Below, piece by piece: positions 1 to 13,148 of a stretch of DNA of 64,000 nucleotides. The position numbers and the translations under genes are program-made. Within the stretch, counting starts at the first letter, position 1. The number at the start of each line of letters is the position of its first letter. A model generated the notes under the pieces. It did no database searches and had not been told where the DNA came from. It saw only the letters and a list, made by a program, of their open reading frames with translations. The stretch is taken from the NCBI RefSeq assembly GCF_006345805.1, contig NC_042998.1:620001-684000 (forward strand), written 5' to 3'. This stretch comes from Octopus sinensis. Lineage: Eukaryota.

Positions 1-106
1 GAACTATAGACAGGGGTAGCAGAGTCAAAATGGGTGGATGAATGGTGGTTGTTTGTGTCAAGACTTAGTAACTCCTTTGCGAAAAGGAAGCACGACTGCT
101 GTAGGG

Positions 107-141
<35 letters not shown>

Positions 142-1984
142 CCTCTCTCTCTCCAACTGCTGTTTTCTTATACCTTTTGGTAACACCTTTCGATACCTTG
201 ACGTTATTGTTATTTTTGTTTTTGTCAACTCTTTTCGACTATGATGACATCCATGCTTTACTTGATGTTTTAATTCGTGTGACTTAATCTTTTTGGCATT
301 GTTGTTGTTGTACGTGGTGTCGATAGTAATAGTAACCGTGTCGGGTAGACGTTTGTATCTGTCATTTAGCTTTCTTCGAATTATTGCCTGCATGTGATGG
401 AAGGTCTGGAGTACCGGCGCAGTCGTTGCATCATGACCTTTGCAATCCATCTCTACAGAACTTAACTCGTTTGATATCAACCGAAAAGAAAACAGAGACA
501 CTCCACACTAGCTAAATTTCAGACTTTAAAGAACACTTCCTAGCATTGCAAATGACTAGCTGCAGCACGAAACACCAGTGCCAGTTTTATTTTAAAAACT
601 CTAATACGCAGTTACATAGCAAATTTCATCAGAACGACGAGTGGCCGTTGTCTGTATAGTGTGTTTAACACTGAGACTACATATATTGACTATTGCACAT
701 TGATAGAATTTTACAGCAATGCACTAAACTGTTGCGTTGCATATAAACATTTTACTGTTTTTACTACACTAACTATATTCTGTACAGGTAGCAAAACTTC
801 AACACACCACACACTCAAAACTATACGATACAACCTTGATGGAGTCATGCGTATTTATAAACTTTCGTTTGCTGTTCCGAGTTCAAATCTAAGCAAAGAT
901 GACTTTCCCTTCTATCTGCCTGAGATAGATCGATTCTTTCAACTATAAATATTTTTTTGCTTTTTTTTTTGTCGTTTCTAAAAACTGGTCAGTTTTCAAC
1001 GACCGCTCGCTTCGATTTTGCTTTTTAGATACCTGGATACTCCGAAGTATTCATGGATAGTGTTTCGCTTCTTATGTTAGATGAATTGTTATTTCTCTAA
1101 ATGTTATGAGCAGACTCTAATAAAGACACTCACAGAAGAGGTGGTGGCCTTAAGTTTACCTCTTTAGAATAATTCCCTCCCATGGGATTCGATACATTTT
1201 CAGGCCATCCTTCGGTTCTGGTACCTTTTACATTACGACAGACAGAGGCAAATTAATTAGTTTTCCAGTCGCTTCTTTTCTACTATTAGTATTCATGTGA
1301 TTTTCAATTCCAGCGATTGATAAGCTTGCTTCCCAATCACGAAGTCATGGGTTCAATCCCACTGCGTGATACCTTGGGCATGTATCGCTTACTGTGACCT
1401 CCAACCGTCTAAAGCTAAGTATGTATGTATGAATGCATGCATGCATGTATGTATATAATGTGTGCTTTATATATATTATATATATGTATAATATATATTG
1501 ATATATGTGTGGGTGTGTGTGTGTACATTATCTCTTTTACTTGTTTCAATCATTTGACTGCAGTATGCTGGGGCACCGCCTTGAAGAGTTTTAGTCGAAC
1601 AAATCGACCCCAGGACATTTTTTTAGAAACCTACCGGTCCCTTTTGCCGAATCGCTAAGTTACGGGGACTTAAACACACCAACACCAGTTGTGGGCTACA
1701 AATACCGACACAAAGACACACATACATACACACATACACACATACATACACAAACACACATACATACACATACATATATGGGATTGAAGTTGGTTGGGAA
1801 GTAAGCTTCTTACCACCTATAATATATATATATATATATATATATCTTAATCAGCCGAAATTGCTAAGATGATCTGGTTCTTGACTGATGACTGAGGGCT
1901 TCGAATGTCCCGTCCTGTGGTTCTTGTGTCGTCTCTGTGGTGTTTCATGTTCTTGTCCATGTCTGTAATTATTTTTACTGTTTA

Positions 1985-2023
<39 letters not shown>

Positions 2024-2648
2024 ATGTAAATTACTTGTTTCAGTCATTAGACTGTGGCCATGCTGGGACACCGCCTTTTCGAACCGATAAGTTACATGAA
2101 CGTAAACACACCAGCACCGGTTGTCAAGCGGTAGTGAGGACACACACACGCGCGCGCACACACACACACATAAACGCAATGGGCTTCTTTCAGTTTCCGT
2201 TTACCAAATCCACTCACAAATCTTTGGTCGGCTCGGAGCTATAACAGAAGACACTTACCCAAGGTGCCACGCAGTGGGACTGATTCCGGAACAATGGGAG
2301 TTGGGAAGCAAGCTTTCGACCGCACGGCCACGCCTGCACCTATCTATATTGGCACTTAATAATATGCTAATTTTTATCTTTTTATTTGTTTAGGTCATTT
2401 GATTGGGGACATTCTAGGGCACCGTTTTGAAAGGTTTTGGGTCGAACAAACCGATCCCATGACTTCAGTTATTTTAAGCTTAGTACTTATTCTGTACATT
2501 ATTTACATTATTTACATTGGACGGATATGGTATATAGAACAGAATAGTACTTAATATATCGGTTTCTTTTGCCGAACCGCTAAGTTATTGGGACGTAAAC
2601 ACACCAACAGCAGTTGTCAAGCGGTGGTGGGGGACTAACACACACACA

Positions 2649-2690
<42 letters not shown>

Positions 2691-2824
2691 TTTAATTAAT
2701 ATTTAGCAGAAATAATAGAGTGACTAAAGGTCCATGAGTTTCGTTCGTTAAGTGCCAATGTAGGAAAATCTCGGATCTCGTGTCACTCTGTTACTTCTGC
2801 TAAAAATTAAGAAAAATATAGAAA

Positions 2825-2938
2825 GCCGCAGGAGTGGCTGTGTGGTAAGAAGCTTGCTTCCCTGCCACATGGTTCCGGGTTCGGTCCCACAAAGATTTGA
2901 GAGTGGATTTAGTAGACGGAAACTGAAAGAAGCCCGTC

Positions 2939-2969
<31 letters not shown>

Positions 2970-3240
2970 GTATACATACGTAAACATATATATATACACA
3001 CACACACATATGTATATGCTATATGTGTTTGCCCCCCCACCTCCATCGCTTGACTGGTGTTTACGGGAACGTAAACACACAGATGCTGGTGTGTTTACAT
3101 TCCCGTAAATTAGCGGTTTTGGCAAAAAAAGACCGATAGAAGTACTAAGCTTACAAAGAATAAGTGCTGGGGTCGATTTGTTCGACTAAAGGCGGTGCTC
3201 CAGTATGGCCGCAGTCAGATGACTGAAACAAGATAAAGAA
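2825..3240 (+). mobile_element. tRNA-headed bipartite SINE (head - (TA)n/(CA)n spacer - 3' module); family recurs throughout the window
   Basis: Head gccgcaggagtggctgtgtggtaagaagcttgcttccc...ggttccgggttcggtccc has A/B-box-like motifs. Tail ...ggcggtgctccagtatggccgcagtcagatgactgaaacaag. Related copies at about 1315-1810, 2010-2640, 18770-19340, 19908-20315, 27323-27800, 49610-49735 (internally deleted) and 51545-51745. Confidence 0.85.
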
Positions 3241-3349
3241 TATACCCCTATTTTAAGTTTTATCTTTCTTGTTTGCATCAGCATACCAAATAAATATTAA
3301 ATTGAGCAAAGTTGGCTTTAGAAGCGTTGAGATGTATTGAAAGATACAG

Positions 3350-3775
3350 AAAAGGAAGTCATTTTATTCTCAAATGCTGGATAATGCTAATAATGCAGCT
3401 TGAAAAGAATAAACTATCCATATTTTACAGAAAAAGCTGTCGGTGGCCAGCCATCAGATTCGAACTCCCATCCCTGTGATTACGCGTCATGTGCTTTACC
3501 ATTAAGTTAAACTGTCCAGCGACAAATTCTGGAATTTTAGGATATATAATTCTAGCTTTACAAGACGCTATTGTGCGTTAAATTTAACTCACGTTGAAAG
3601 TAAACGAATAAAGTTTGAAAGCTCTTGACGTGTAATCACAGGGATGTGAGTTCGAGTCTCATTGCTGGCCGACGACAGATTTTTCTGTAAAATATAGATA
3701 GTTTAACTTCTTCAGGCTATATTATTAGCATTATCTTACGTTTCAGAATAAGATTATTTCCTTATCTTATATATA
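3350..3775. repeat. Diverged inverted repeat whose arms each contain a tRNA-Thr-like sequence pointing outward
   Basis: 3350-3523 (minus) aligns to about 3605-3775 (plus): tgacgcgtaatcacagggatgggagttcgaatctgatggctggcc vs tgacgtgtaatcacagggatgtgagttcgagtctcattgctggcc. TGA/TCA stem with a 7-nt loop and anticodon CGT/TGT; GTTCGA T-loop. Confidence 0.55.
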
Positions 3776-3873
3776 TATATATCTTATATATATATCTTAT
3801 ATATATATAAGGTGGTGCCCCAGCATGGCCGCGGCCTTCGGGGTAAAACATTTTTAAGGATTTTAAGGATTTA

Positions 3874-3919
<46 letters not shown>

Positions 3920-3922
<3 letters not shown>

Positions 3923-4345
3923 GAGCAAAATGCCCCTAGTCCAATGGACGGTGCTGAGTTGTCAAACATTTAACCCAAATTTTCTCAAAACAACTTGTCC
4001 GACCATCCTATAGGCCTCCCCTTTGAGAAACACTGATTGAACCTAAATTTGAGACACCAGCAAAAGAAGAAATAAAGATAGACTTTTTTTCTATTCCAAA
4101 GAAAAACGATTTTATTCACACAAATATTCAAAAGACCATATATACTGCATTTTGTGGCATTATTTCAAGCCAGCCGGCTTTTTTGCGCAAACTGCATCTT
4201 GATTTTTCTCGCGGCTTTATCAATCGTATTCTCACCTGGAATCGATTTTTGTAATTTTTTCAAGACTCATATACGCCCTGGAACCGTCGGTATCTACATA
4301 TCAAATTTGAGCGCAATCGGATGGAGGATGCCCGAGATCCTAGAA

Positions 4346-4391
<46 letters not shown>

Positions 4392-4412
4392 AAACGGATT
4401 TTATATTATATA
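3920..4412 (-). mobile_element. Non-autonomous Helitron/HINE-like element
   Basis: The minus-strand 5' end tatataatataaaatccgttttgtctgt...tccatccgattgcgctcaaattt matches the fragment at 10229. Small gtccattggac hairpin near the other end. The 3' terminus is not a canonical CTAG. Confidence 0.5.
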
Positions 4413-4521
4413 TAAATATATATACTTCAGTTTCCATGTACCAAATCTGCTCAGAAGGCTTTGGTCGGCTCGACGTTACAGTAGAAAACACGGAACCATG
4501 TGGTTGGGAAGCAAGCTTCTT

Positions 4522-5969
4522 TATTGCTTTTAAATTGCCATAAAGGCATTACGCAGAGAGGGACACTACGACACATGTGGGGGACATAGAACAATTAAAA
4601 ATATAAAAAATAAAATATGATATAATGAATGACACATGAAAATGAACATGAAGAACAAATTAAAATATGATAACATGAATGATATCTGAAAATGATATTA
4701 TGAAGAGTGTGCTACTCACCCCACACTGAGTAACACCACTCGCTGCCTCTGGGCCCTAAGTCCTTTTTCTCCTTCAGTCCAATCCTTTTAACCCTTTCGC
4801 CATCACTTCTCTCCGCCATGCATAGTAACCTTTTTCACCGGGGGTGAGGGTCTTCTAAATTTTGTGATGTCTGTTCTTTCTGTTTCTTTTTTTCTTCTTG
4901 CGGGCAAATGTGGTGGGTGGGTTTAGTATTTGAATGGGGAGGGTGGGTTTAGTATCTGAATGGCGAGGGTGGGTCTGAGTAGTCTTGGGTGGGAGTACCA
5001 CATCATGCACATCTTTTTTTTTCTCTTTCTCCTTCTGCTCTCTGTAACTTTCCATTCTTCTTCCTTTTCCTCCTTTCCTCAGTCTGTCTTTTCTTCCTTT
5101 CTTTTCTCTTCAGTCTCCACAACTGTTTCCTCAGCCATTGTCCTCTGTAGAGGGCAGTATTCTCTAATGTGGCCCTTTTGGCCACATTTAAAACAACGTG
5201 GTACTCTGCCCTCTACCCACACCCTCAGCACGATTTTCCCCAACGTCATCGTCTCTGCCAAGTTCTCCGGCTGACTCTCCTCCGTCTGAATAATGAGTTC
5301 AAGTGTCTTTCCTTTCCCCCCTTCTTCTTCCGTTTCTGTGGCTTGGAGGACAGTTACCTTCTCTTTGCTTCCAACAAGGACAGCTGCCGCTACCCAAGCC
5401 ACTTCTATATCCGGTGGATTGCTTCTACCCTCACTTTGGAAGTCTTTCTTCGAAGGTATGTGGGCAGAATCACTACTTCCTCTGTTTTCACCGCCACACT
5501 CGCCAGCCTCCTCGCCTCCTCTACTGTCCTAAATTGGACGACCATTGTCCCATATCGTCTTCCTTTGGTTATGTACGTTATCGGCTTTGATCGCTTCCTC
5601 GGCGCCTTTTCACTTCTGCCTTCACCTGCTCTGCCTTTTTTCCTTTCAACGAGTACACCTTATTGGTGATCGTTTTCTTCTCTATCCTCTCCATAATTCC
5701 TTTGGGGAACGACAACTTCACGTCGCCGCCCACCTTCTGAGCCATTTTCTCGTACTCCTTTAGACCATCCAAGTCCAGCTCCCTTCGCTTCACCTCCGTG
5801 GCTTCAGTAAAAGTCCTTATCTTCAACATTCCGTCCATCTTTATGACCGCCTTTACCAGCTCCTCCTCCTCCAACTCAGACCCGTCAAGGTCTGAGTACA
5901 TCTAGGCAACACAAAAAACTACGTCCACCTCTTACAAAATAAAGACAGCAAATAACTCGACACATGCGC
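4522..5969 (-). mobile_element. ORF1-only (HAL1-like) L1/Tx1-type retroelement; frameshifted gag-like ORF with CCHC zinc knuckle
   Basis: Minus frames join, with about 2 frameshifts, into MYSDLDGSEL...YGTMVVQFRTVEEARRL...VVILPTYLRRKTSKVRV...VWVEGRVPRCFKCGQKGHIREYC. No ORF2 follows, only an AT-rich 3' region. It sits between two pieces of one SINE (head 5970-6004, body about 4425-4521). Confidence 0.7.
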
Positions 5970-6003
5970 GGAAGAAGGTTCTTACTACACAGCCACGCCT
6001 GCG

Positions 6004-6082
<79 letters not shown>

Positions 6083-6099
6083 ATATAATATATATTTTT

Positions 6100-7812
6100 T
6101 CCAAAGAAAATATATGCAAAAGTAGTGCGCTCTTCGGAGGTTATGAGCAAGGCAGCAGCTGAGCAAGAATCTTTTTTGTGCACGGCACAAAAGATTGTGC
6201 AGCAGCTGACCTGGCTACATCAAGTACAAACAAGGAACCTTGCCCACCACTGCGCAAGATTACCACAGTCAACAGACATGGGATGGCCTCCCCTAACGCC
6301 TGCACCGCCGTGACGCCAATATTTTTAGTAAATATTGGAGGCCTGTTGCATCATAACAAAAGCAATTTTTTCCTGAGAGACCTTCATGCATGCAATCAAG
6401 CCCTATGCACAACATAGGTGGAAACTCGCCTCAACCTTGATATAGAGGATGCAGAAGTACACGTACAAAAAATATGCCATACTGCGAACAGACAGAAGGG
6501 AAAGGAGCCATGGTGGAGTTGCTGTATACTTTTGTGATGACCTCACACCCCGGGTCTTACTGTCAGTATGTGACACTCTAATTGTATACAGAAGACAACA
6601 CAATATAGCCATATGTAATACATATCGCCTACCGGATACTCCAAACCACATAGGCAAGTTTGAAGATTGCCTCACAAGAATTAAAGAAATCCTCATGAAA
6701 CTGGAACACCACGTGAGCGTATTTCTTAGGGTGATTTCAACTTCCCCATCGTCAAATGGCCCGAAGGCCCTCATGCTCTCAGGAATGACTCATTGCAAAC
6801 AAGCACACGTGGAGTCCCTGCTCAACCTCAGCAATGCCCTATTCATGAAGCAAGTTGTGCTCAGACCAACTAGAGCGAATAATATTTTGGATCTCTGATT
6901 CACAAACAATATGGACATCGTTCGTGATGTGAAAGTGACGCCGACATTAGTCTCGGATCACAACATAATAGAGCTGTCTATGTTTGGGCCGAAAGTAACC
7001 AGAAACATACAGCCTAGAGGAAGCACCCGAAATCTCTCCACTCTGAACTTCCACAGAGCAGACTAGAAAACGATTCAAAAAGAGATCCTCAGACAGGACT
7101 GGTCCTAATACCTCTCCACACCAGACATCGGCATGAATCTAGAATATTTCATGTCTGTTATGCAAACTATTTGCCAGAAATATGTCCCAGAGCACAAGGC
7201 CAACACAAAAAGGAACAAGGTTCCAAATCGTGTAAGCGTGCCCTGGCAAAACCCCTCCAGATTCTCTTCCAGAGTGTTCTTGTAAATGGAAGGCTGCGAA
7301 GCAAGCTGAAGGAAGGAATAATATGCCCAATCCATAAAGGAGGAAGCAGAGTAGATGCCAAAAACTATAGGCCTATCTCTCTGACTTCACACATCAGCAA
7401 AGTCATGGAACGGATAGTCAGAGGGAAACTAATCGTATTCCTTGAAGAAAATAACTTGCTGAGTGATACCCAGCATGTCTTTCGACAAGGTAGGAACTGC
7501 TTAACCCAGCTCTTACAACATTATGACTGGGTGTTGAGGCAGTTACTCAACAACTCAAATGTGGACGTAATCTACCTTGATTTTGCAAAAGTTTTTGATT
7601 AAGTTGATCATGGAATGATATGCTACAAACTGTGTGATCTCAGCATAGTTGGAAAATTTGGAGGGTGGTTACATGACTTTCTGGAAGATAGACGTCAAGC
7701 AGTAGTGGCCAATGGAGCCACCTCAATGAAAACACAAATAGTGAGCGGTGTTCCACTGGGCACTGTCTTGAGACCACTGCTTTCATAGTGACCCTCTCAG
7801 ATATGCCCTCAA
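6100..7812 (+). mobile_element. CR1/L2-group LINE remnant (APE endonuclease plus partial RT), internally deleted
   Basis: RTDRRERSHGGVAVY, PTRANNILDL*FTNN...VSDHNII; RT motifs NYRPISLTSHISKVMERIV, QHVFRQGRNCLTQLL, DVIYLDFAKVFD*VDHG, SGVPLGTVL. Stops and frameshifts present. Confidence 0.9.
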
Positions 7813-7834
7813 TATGTGTGTGTATAATATATTT

Positions 7835-8180
7835 AAGAAGACAGCGAAGATCTCCTCTCGGTTGTTAGACGTCTTCCTTCAACGCTGCCTACGTCCAGTC
7901 CTGGGCATCCCTTCCTGGTACAGAGTGAGAAACGAAAGGTTGATTAGAAGAGCTGGCTTAGGAAGTATGCAGGACGTGGGGACTAGGCGGCGGATACGGT
8001 TAACTGGTCATATGCTTCGATTACCACAGAAGAGACTTGTTACCATCGTGATGGAGTGGGTGCAAGAATAAGGAAAAGGATAGAATGCAAAGACCAAGGA
8101 AGATGTGGCGCAGAAGGTTTTGTAATGATGTGATTGTGATGAGAATCGGTCCGAGTTGACCTAAGAGGAAAGCGAACGGC
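7835..8180 (+). mobile_element. RTE-clade LINE 3' fragment
   Basis: LDVFLQRCLRPVLGIPSWYRVRNERLIRRAG...RRRIRLTGHMLRLPQKRL, then an RPRKMW-like motif: typical RTE RT C-terminus. Confidence 0.75.
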
Positions 8181-8496
8181 CTCGATGTTTGGAGAAGGCC
8201 CATTGCCCTTTGTGCTAACAGCACTGGAGGATCTAATAGTTAACACACACACACACACACGGATGGCACGTTTTTGATCATAGATCTATTCAAGAAGCAC
8301 TGATGACCTCAGGCTAGATAGCAATAATAGGCGGAAGGTATTAATCAGGTAAGTTTTTGTTTCTCATACGTGAATGTTTGACCGACAAAAGTATTGGGAA
8401 GGTGAAATTTCATACATGTTAGATGCTATAATACTGGATTTTCTATGAAGTGTCACTGCTGCCAGACAGACACTCCCTGTATGAGTGCGAGAGAGA

Positions 8497-8573
<77 letters not shown>

Positions 8574-10228
8574 CAAATGCTTACGAAATCTTGACAAGCT
8601 TACGCTCGGTCAAGGGGAATCGAGTATCGTTGTCCGTCTTTTCCGGCTGAGTGAATTTCTTTCTTTTTTTTTCTTTTTGATACCCTGAAAGATTGATTTT
8701 GTTTGTTTCTTGCATCTGTTTCCAAATTTCAAATAAAATAACAAAACGAAAGAGTAAAATTACCTCCGATCTATAGAATAAATTCTTGTTTTCTGAATGC
8801 CAAAGAAAATGAATGCCTGGTATGGAAGAAAGCTTAACGCATAGATCTCCCTACCAAATAATGGTGCTATTTATTAGTAAAATAATTTTAATTCAGGTAT
8901 TTTATTGAACTGTTAGCAAATCAGGCAAAATGTTTAGCGGCATGTCGTTGCCTTTACTCTCTGAGTTCAAATTCAGCCGAAGCCGACTTTGCATTTCATC
9001 CTTTCAGGGTCGATAAAATAAGTATCTATCGAGCACTGAGATCGATGAAATCGATATACTCTGTTCCCCGAAATTTCTGGCCTTGTGCCAAAATTTGAAA
9101 TGAATTTTATTCAGATATTAACAAAAACGAAATTCAAACAGAAATGTCGTCAATTAAAACAACGTCGTTTTAGTTGACTGAAAAACCAGTCTATCACTAC
9201 AATAAGATATTTTTTAAGTGTTAAAATCAAAATTGCAAAGATTGTGAATTCTCTGGATGCACCTCACTAAGTTGAGCAATCCCTAAAAAGAAAAACAAAA
9301 CAAAAAGAAAAAGATAAGCAAACCCCATTAGGAACTGAATAGTTTAGTATTATGTTATTACGGACCGATGAGAAAACCAGACGTTAATGAAAAATCACAT
9401 CTCTAACCATCAAGTACACTGACTGAAAAATGGTGGACTGCAGTCAATATTTATCCGTTGAACGCGGAAAACTGATATATCTGCTAAAAATTTATTACCA
9501 GTTAACAGCGGGAAACGGTTTTACCCGATGGTTTTGAAAAAATAAAGAAAAAAAAACTCTCCCTAAGCTGCGAGTAGCGGAGAAACCCTCATTGATATTC
9601 TTAACAAAAGATAATTTTTCAGGTTTTCCTTTTTTTTTTTCACATATTTCATCAAATATCTCTTTACAAAGCAAGAATCAAATACTTTTAGAAAATATCA
9701 ATTCTATTTTTTGATGGATAATTAACATCATTACAGGAATGATCATGAAATTTAATTACGTGATCAAAGGGCTAATCCAGATCTAAAACATACAAAGATG
9801 AAATAGTTTAAACTATTTCAAACTAAAACAAAAATATTGAAGAGATAAAAAAAAATTACATTATTGAAAAAATGTATTGCATTCACGAGTTATAATTAAA
9901 ATACCACGTTCAGTGGACTTTGGCATTCTGATGAAGAAAAACACCGCTCTCAAACGTAAGAGAGCATTCTTTTCTGTTGGTTACCCTATAAACATTGGTA
10001 TGACTGGAACTCCGTTTACAACGACGCGCGTTCCAGTTAATCTGATCAACGGAACAGCTTGCTCGTGAAATGAAAGGGCAAGCGGCTGAGCGTTCCACAG
10101 ACACGCGTACCCTTAACGTAGTTCTCAGGGATTGTTTGAAATACGGTTAAGGGTTTTCCATTTCCTTTTTCCTTGCGTTTGCCTACCACACTGTCGATTC
10201 CGTTTGTTGTGTTTTTTATCTTTGATTT

Positions 10229-10380
10229 ATCTTTCTAATATATAAAATCCATTCTGTCTGTCTGTTTGTGCGCTTATAACTCCAGTATTGTTCATCCGAT
10301 CGCGCTGAGATTTTAAACATGGATACATGAGAGAGCGGGGCGTTCCGTAATCTACGACTTGCTCAGACAGCCGGCACATA
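10229..10380 (+). mobile_element. 5' fragment of a non-autonomous Helitron-like element
   Basis: atctttctaatatataaaatccattctgtctgtctgtttgtgcg...ttcatccgatcgcgctgagattt; same family as 3920-4412. Confidence 0.5.
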
Positions 10381-10776
10381 TCATTTCGCTGGCAACAAGG
10401 GGAGTACAGGATGACAGTCAGCTAAAACCGTCGCTATGCTGACTCTCTTCTTTCCTCTCTCTGTCTCTCTTATGATGTTTGATTCCACTTGAAGTTGTGC
10501 TAAGATGCGTTATCAATCAATTATCCTTATTGATAAGAAAGAGTCAAAAGTAACACATACAATCACAAAACATCTCCACTACTTAAAACCGTCCAAGTTA
10601 ACCCTCTTCACCTTTACAGCTCACATGAAAAACTACGAGGAAAAAGCAACCATTTAAAAATAAAAGAGAACAAATTGATTACTATTAAAGCGCGTAAAAT
10701 ATTGGGGTTAATAATCTTAATCTTTAGTTACAGTTTCTCATTAAAACTACATAATAAGCAGAATTGTCGGGTTAAA

Positions 10777-11229
10777 ACAGTAGGGTGTTTTGAGGGAGAT
10801 TTGGTTGCTATTTCTACCAGGTCTAGCTACCGTGTAGAGGTATCCCTCATTGGCTCATACATACATAAGACAGTAGGGTGTTTTGAGGGAGATTTGGTTG
10901 CTATTTCTACCAGGTCTAGCTACCGTGTAGAGGTATCCCTCATTGGCTCATACATACATAAGACAGTAAGGTGTTTTGAGGGAGATTTGGTTGCTATTTC
11001 TACCAGGTCTAGCTACCGTGTAGAGGTATCCCTCATTGGCTCATACATACATAAGACAGTAGGGTGTTTTGAGGGAGATTTGGTTGCTATTTCTACCAGG
11101 TCTAGCTACCGTGTAGAGGTATCCCTCATTGGCTCATACATACATAAGACAGTAGGGTGTTTTGAGGGAGATTTGGTTGCTATTTCTACCAGGTCTAGCT
11201 ACCGTGTAGAGGTATCCCTCATTGGCTCA
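10777..11229. repeat. Tandem array of five 93-bp units, nearly identical
   Basis: cagtagggtgttttgagggagatttggttgc... starts at 10778, 10871, 10964, 11057 and 11150. Unit 3 has one G>A change. Confidence 0.95.
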
Positions 11230-11443
11230 ACAATACATATACACATAAAACTGAAATAAAATACTTGAAATAACATACTTAAAGCAAGAGGCGTCAACTA
11301 CAAAAGCCAAGGTCCATGCAGTGTCTTTTCTTACAACTTCTTGCCTAATGCGAGCCCAGAGCATTCTCTTATCTCTTACACTGTTTCAATATGACGTCTC
11401 TATTGTAATGTGACATAATACTTTCAGTTTGAAGGAAGTCTGT

Positions 11444-11481
<38 letters not shown>

Positions 11482-11779
11482 TTATGCATTCCAAAACCGA
11501 GTTTCAGATTTCGACGTATGGGGTATCAAAAGATTCAGTACTATTTCGGCTACAAATTAAACTTAATTTCCATTCACATATTTGCATTTCAAAAGTTTAA
11601 CATTATAATCTTTTCCATAAATCAACTATCGTAAACATTTTATACGATGACGTCACATTTTCTATATGTGTGTGTGTACCTTAAAAGACATCAATCATCA
11701 CGACATAGCTTCACTCACTCACTCTATCTCTCTTTCTCACCCTCTTTCTCTCTCACACACACGCGCACGCACACACGCA

Positions 11780-11822
<43 letters not shown>

Positions 11823-12007
11823 ATGTTCATTTCATATAGATGTACATACATCTTCAACTTTCTTTCTCTGTTCTTGTCGCTTTCTCTTCTTTTAACTTTT
11901 GCTCTCTTCAAGTAAATTTTTACGGATAAAACTGCTTACAAAAATAGGGATTAATGTATAATTTCTTTCTATGATCATAATTTTTCCTTTAGAATATTGA
12001 AAAAAAT

Positions 12008-12660
12008 ATGCCACCGAAGAAAAGACGTAATCTCTCCAGAAACAAATATAAAGCAAGGAAGATTGTAGAAAACCGAAGGCGAGAGTCTGAAGAGAGAAGC
12101 TAGATGAGATTTTCTCAAGATCCGCAAATGCATGTTGCAACACTTAATGCTGGATCATTAAATCAATGTTTTAATGATTAGACAGAAGTCCATTAGAATA
12201 GCTCTCAGAAACAGACTACGTACAAATTCGTTCTTCACAACTCCTGAAGCTCTTTCCAGATATGATCCATCCCATTCATATAAAAATAATAATTTTGTCC
12301 AAATTGGTGTGCTAAACACAAATTGTCTTTTCCGTAGAGCTTTAAAATTTTCAAATGAACAAATGGTATGTGTTGCTCAGGCGGTCAGGTAGCATTGCCA
12401 GCACTACCAGCTCCTTCTCAACCCCTTATGGATCTTCTAGAAGGCATTTTCATCCAGTCAAAGGATTTTCTGAACAATATTAGACAATACAACTCTGTAA
12501 ATGACATCGTTTGGTGCATCTAAGAAGATAGATAAACATGAATTTACGCCGACGTCAAAGTTCAAGGGCAAGTCTATCACCTCATTGGTTCCATGTTACC
12601 CAAAATGAACAACCACAGTTCCTCCAAATTTACTTTATGATATGATATAGGGCAACAAAC
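12008..12660 (+). pseudogene. Helitron Rep/Hel N-terminal pseudogene fragment
   Basis: MPPKKRRNLSRNKYKARKI..ESEER, YDPSHSY..VQIGVLNTNCLF.RALKFSNEQM(GMCCSGGQVALP), KDFLNNIRQYNS, KVQGQVYHLIGSMLP; multiple stops and frameshifts. Confidence 0.8.
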
Positions 12661-12954
12661 CCGAAGGAGGTGTCAACATTTCAGATGATGGGTAGTGTTA
12701 GATACAGCGCCGACTGCTGCGAAAGAGAGTATATCCACTGACAGCTTTTCGGTACGTTCAAAAATCATATAACCCCCACAGGGTAGGGCCTGAAATACTT
12801 CAAACGGGCGCATAGCATGCTGCTTAGTCGAATTAGCCCATCATTTACTCCACAAATGTTTTGTTGTCAATGCTGCACTTTCCCATATCACATGTTTCAA
12901 CATAACTGTAATATATTATATACAAACTATCAAACTATGCCATTTTAATCTCTG

Positions 12955-12994
<40 letters not shown>

Positions 12995-13095
12995 TAATAT
13001 AGGATAAAAGTTTTCGAAAAAAATTCTATCAATGGCCAGCATATTAAAAAATAACCTTTAATGGTTAAATTGTTCATATATATATATATATATAT

Positions 13096-13148
<53 letters not shown>

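Noticed and set aside
58-501. 147-aa minus-strand ORF with a possible decayed KGH knuckle
   Set aside because: Low complexity, ends in (GA)n, and the motif needs frameshifts; too weak to call.
5169-5669. 166-aa plus-strand ORF
   Set aside because: Antisense shadow of the gag-like ORF1.
10777-11229. Regular repeat resembling a CRISPR array
   Set aside because: No unique spacers, no cas genes, eukaryotic context.
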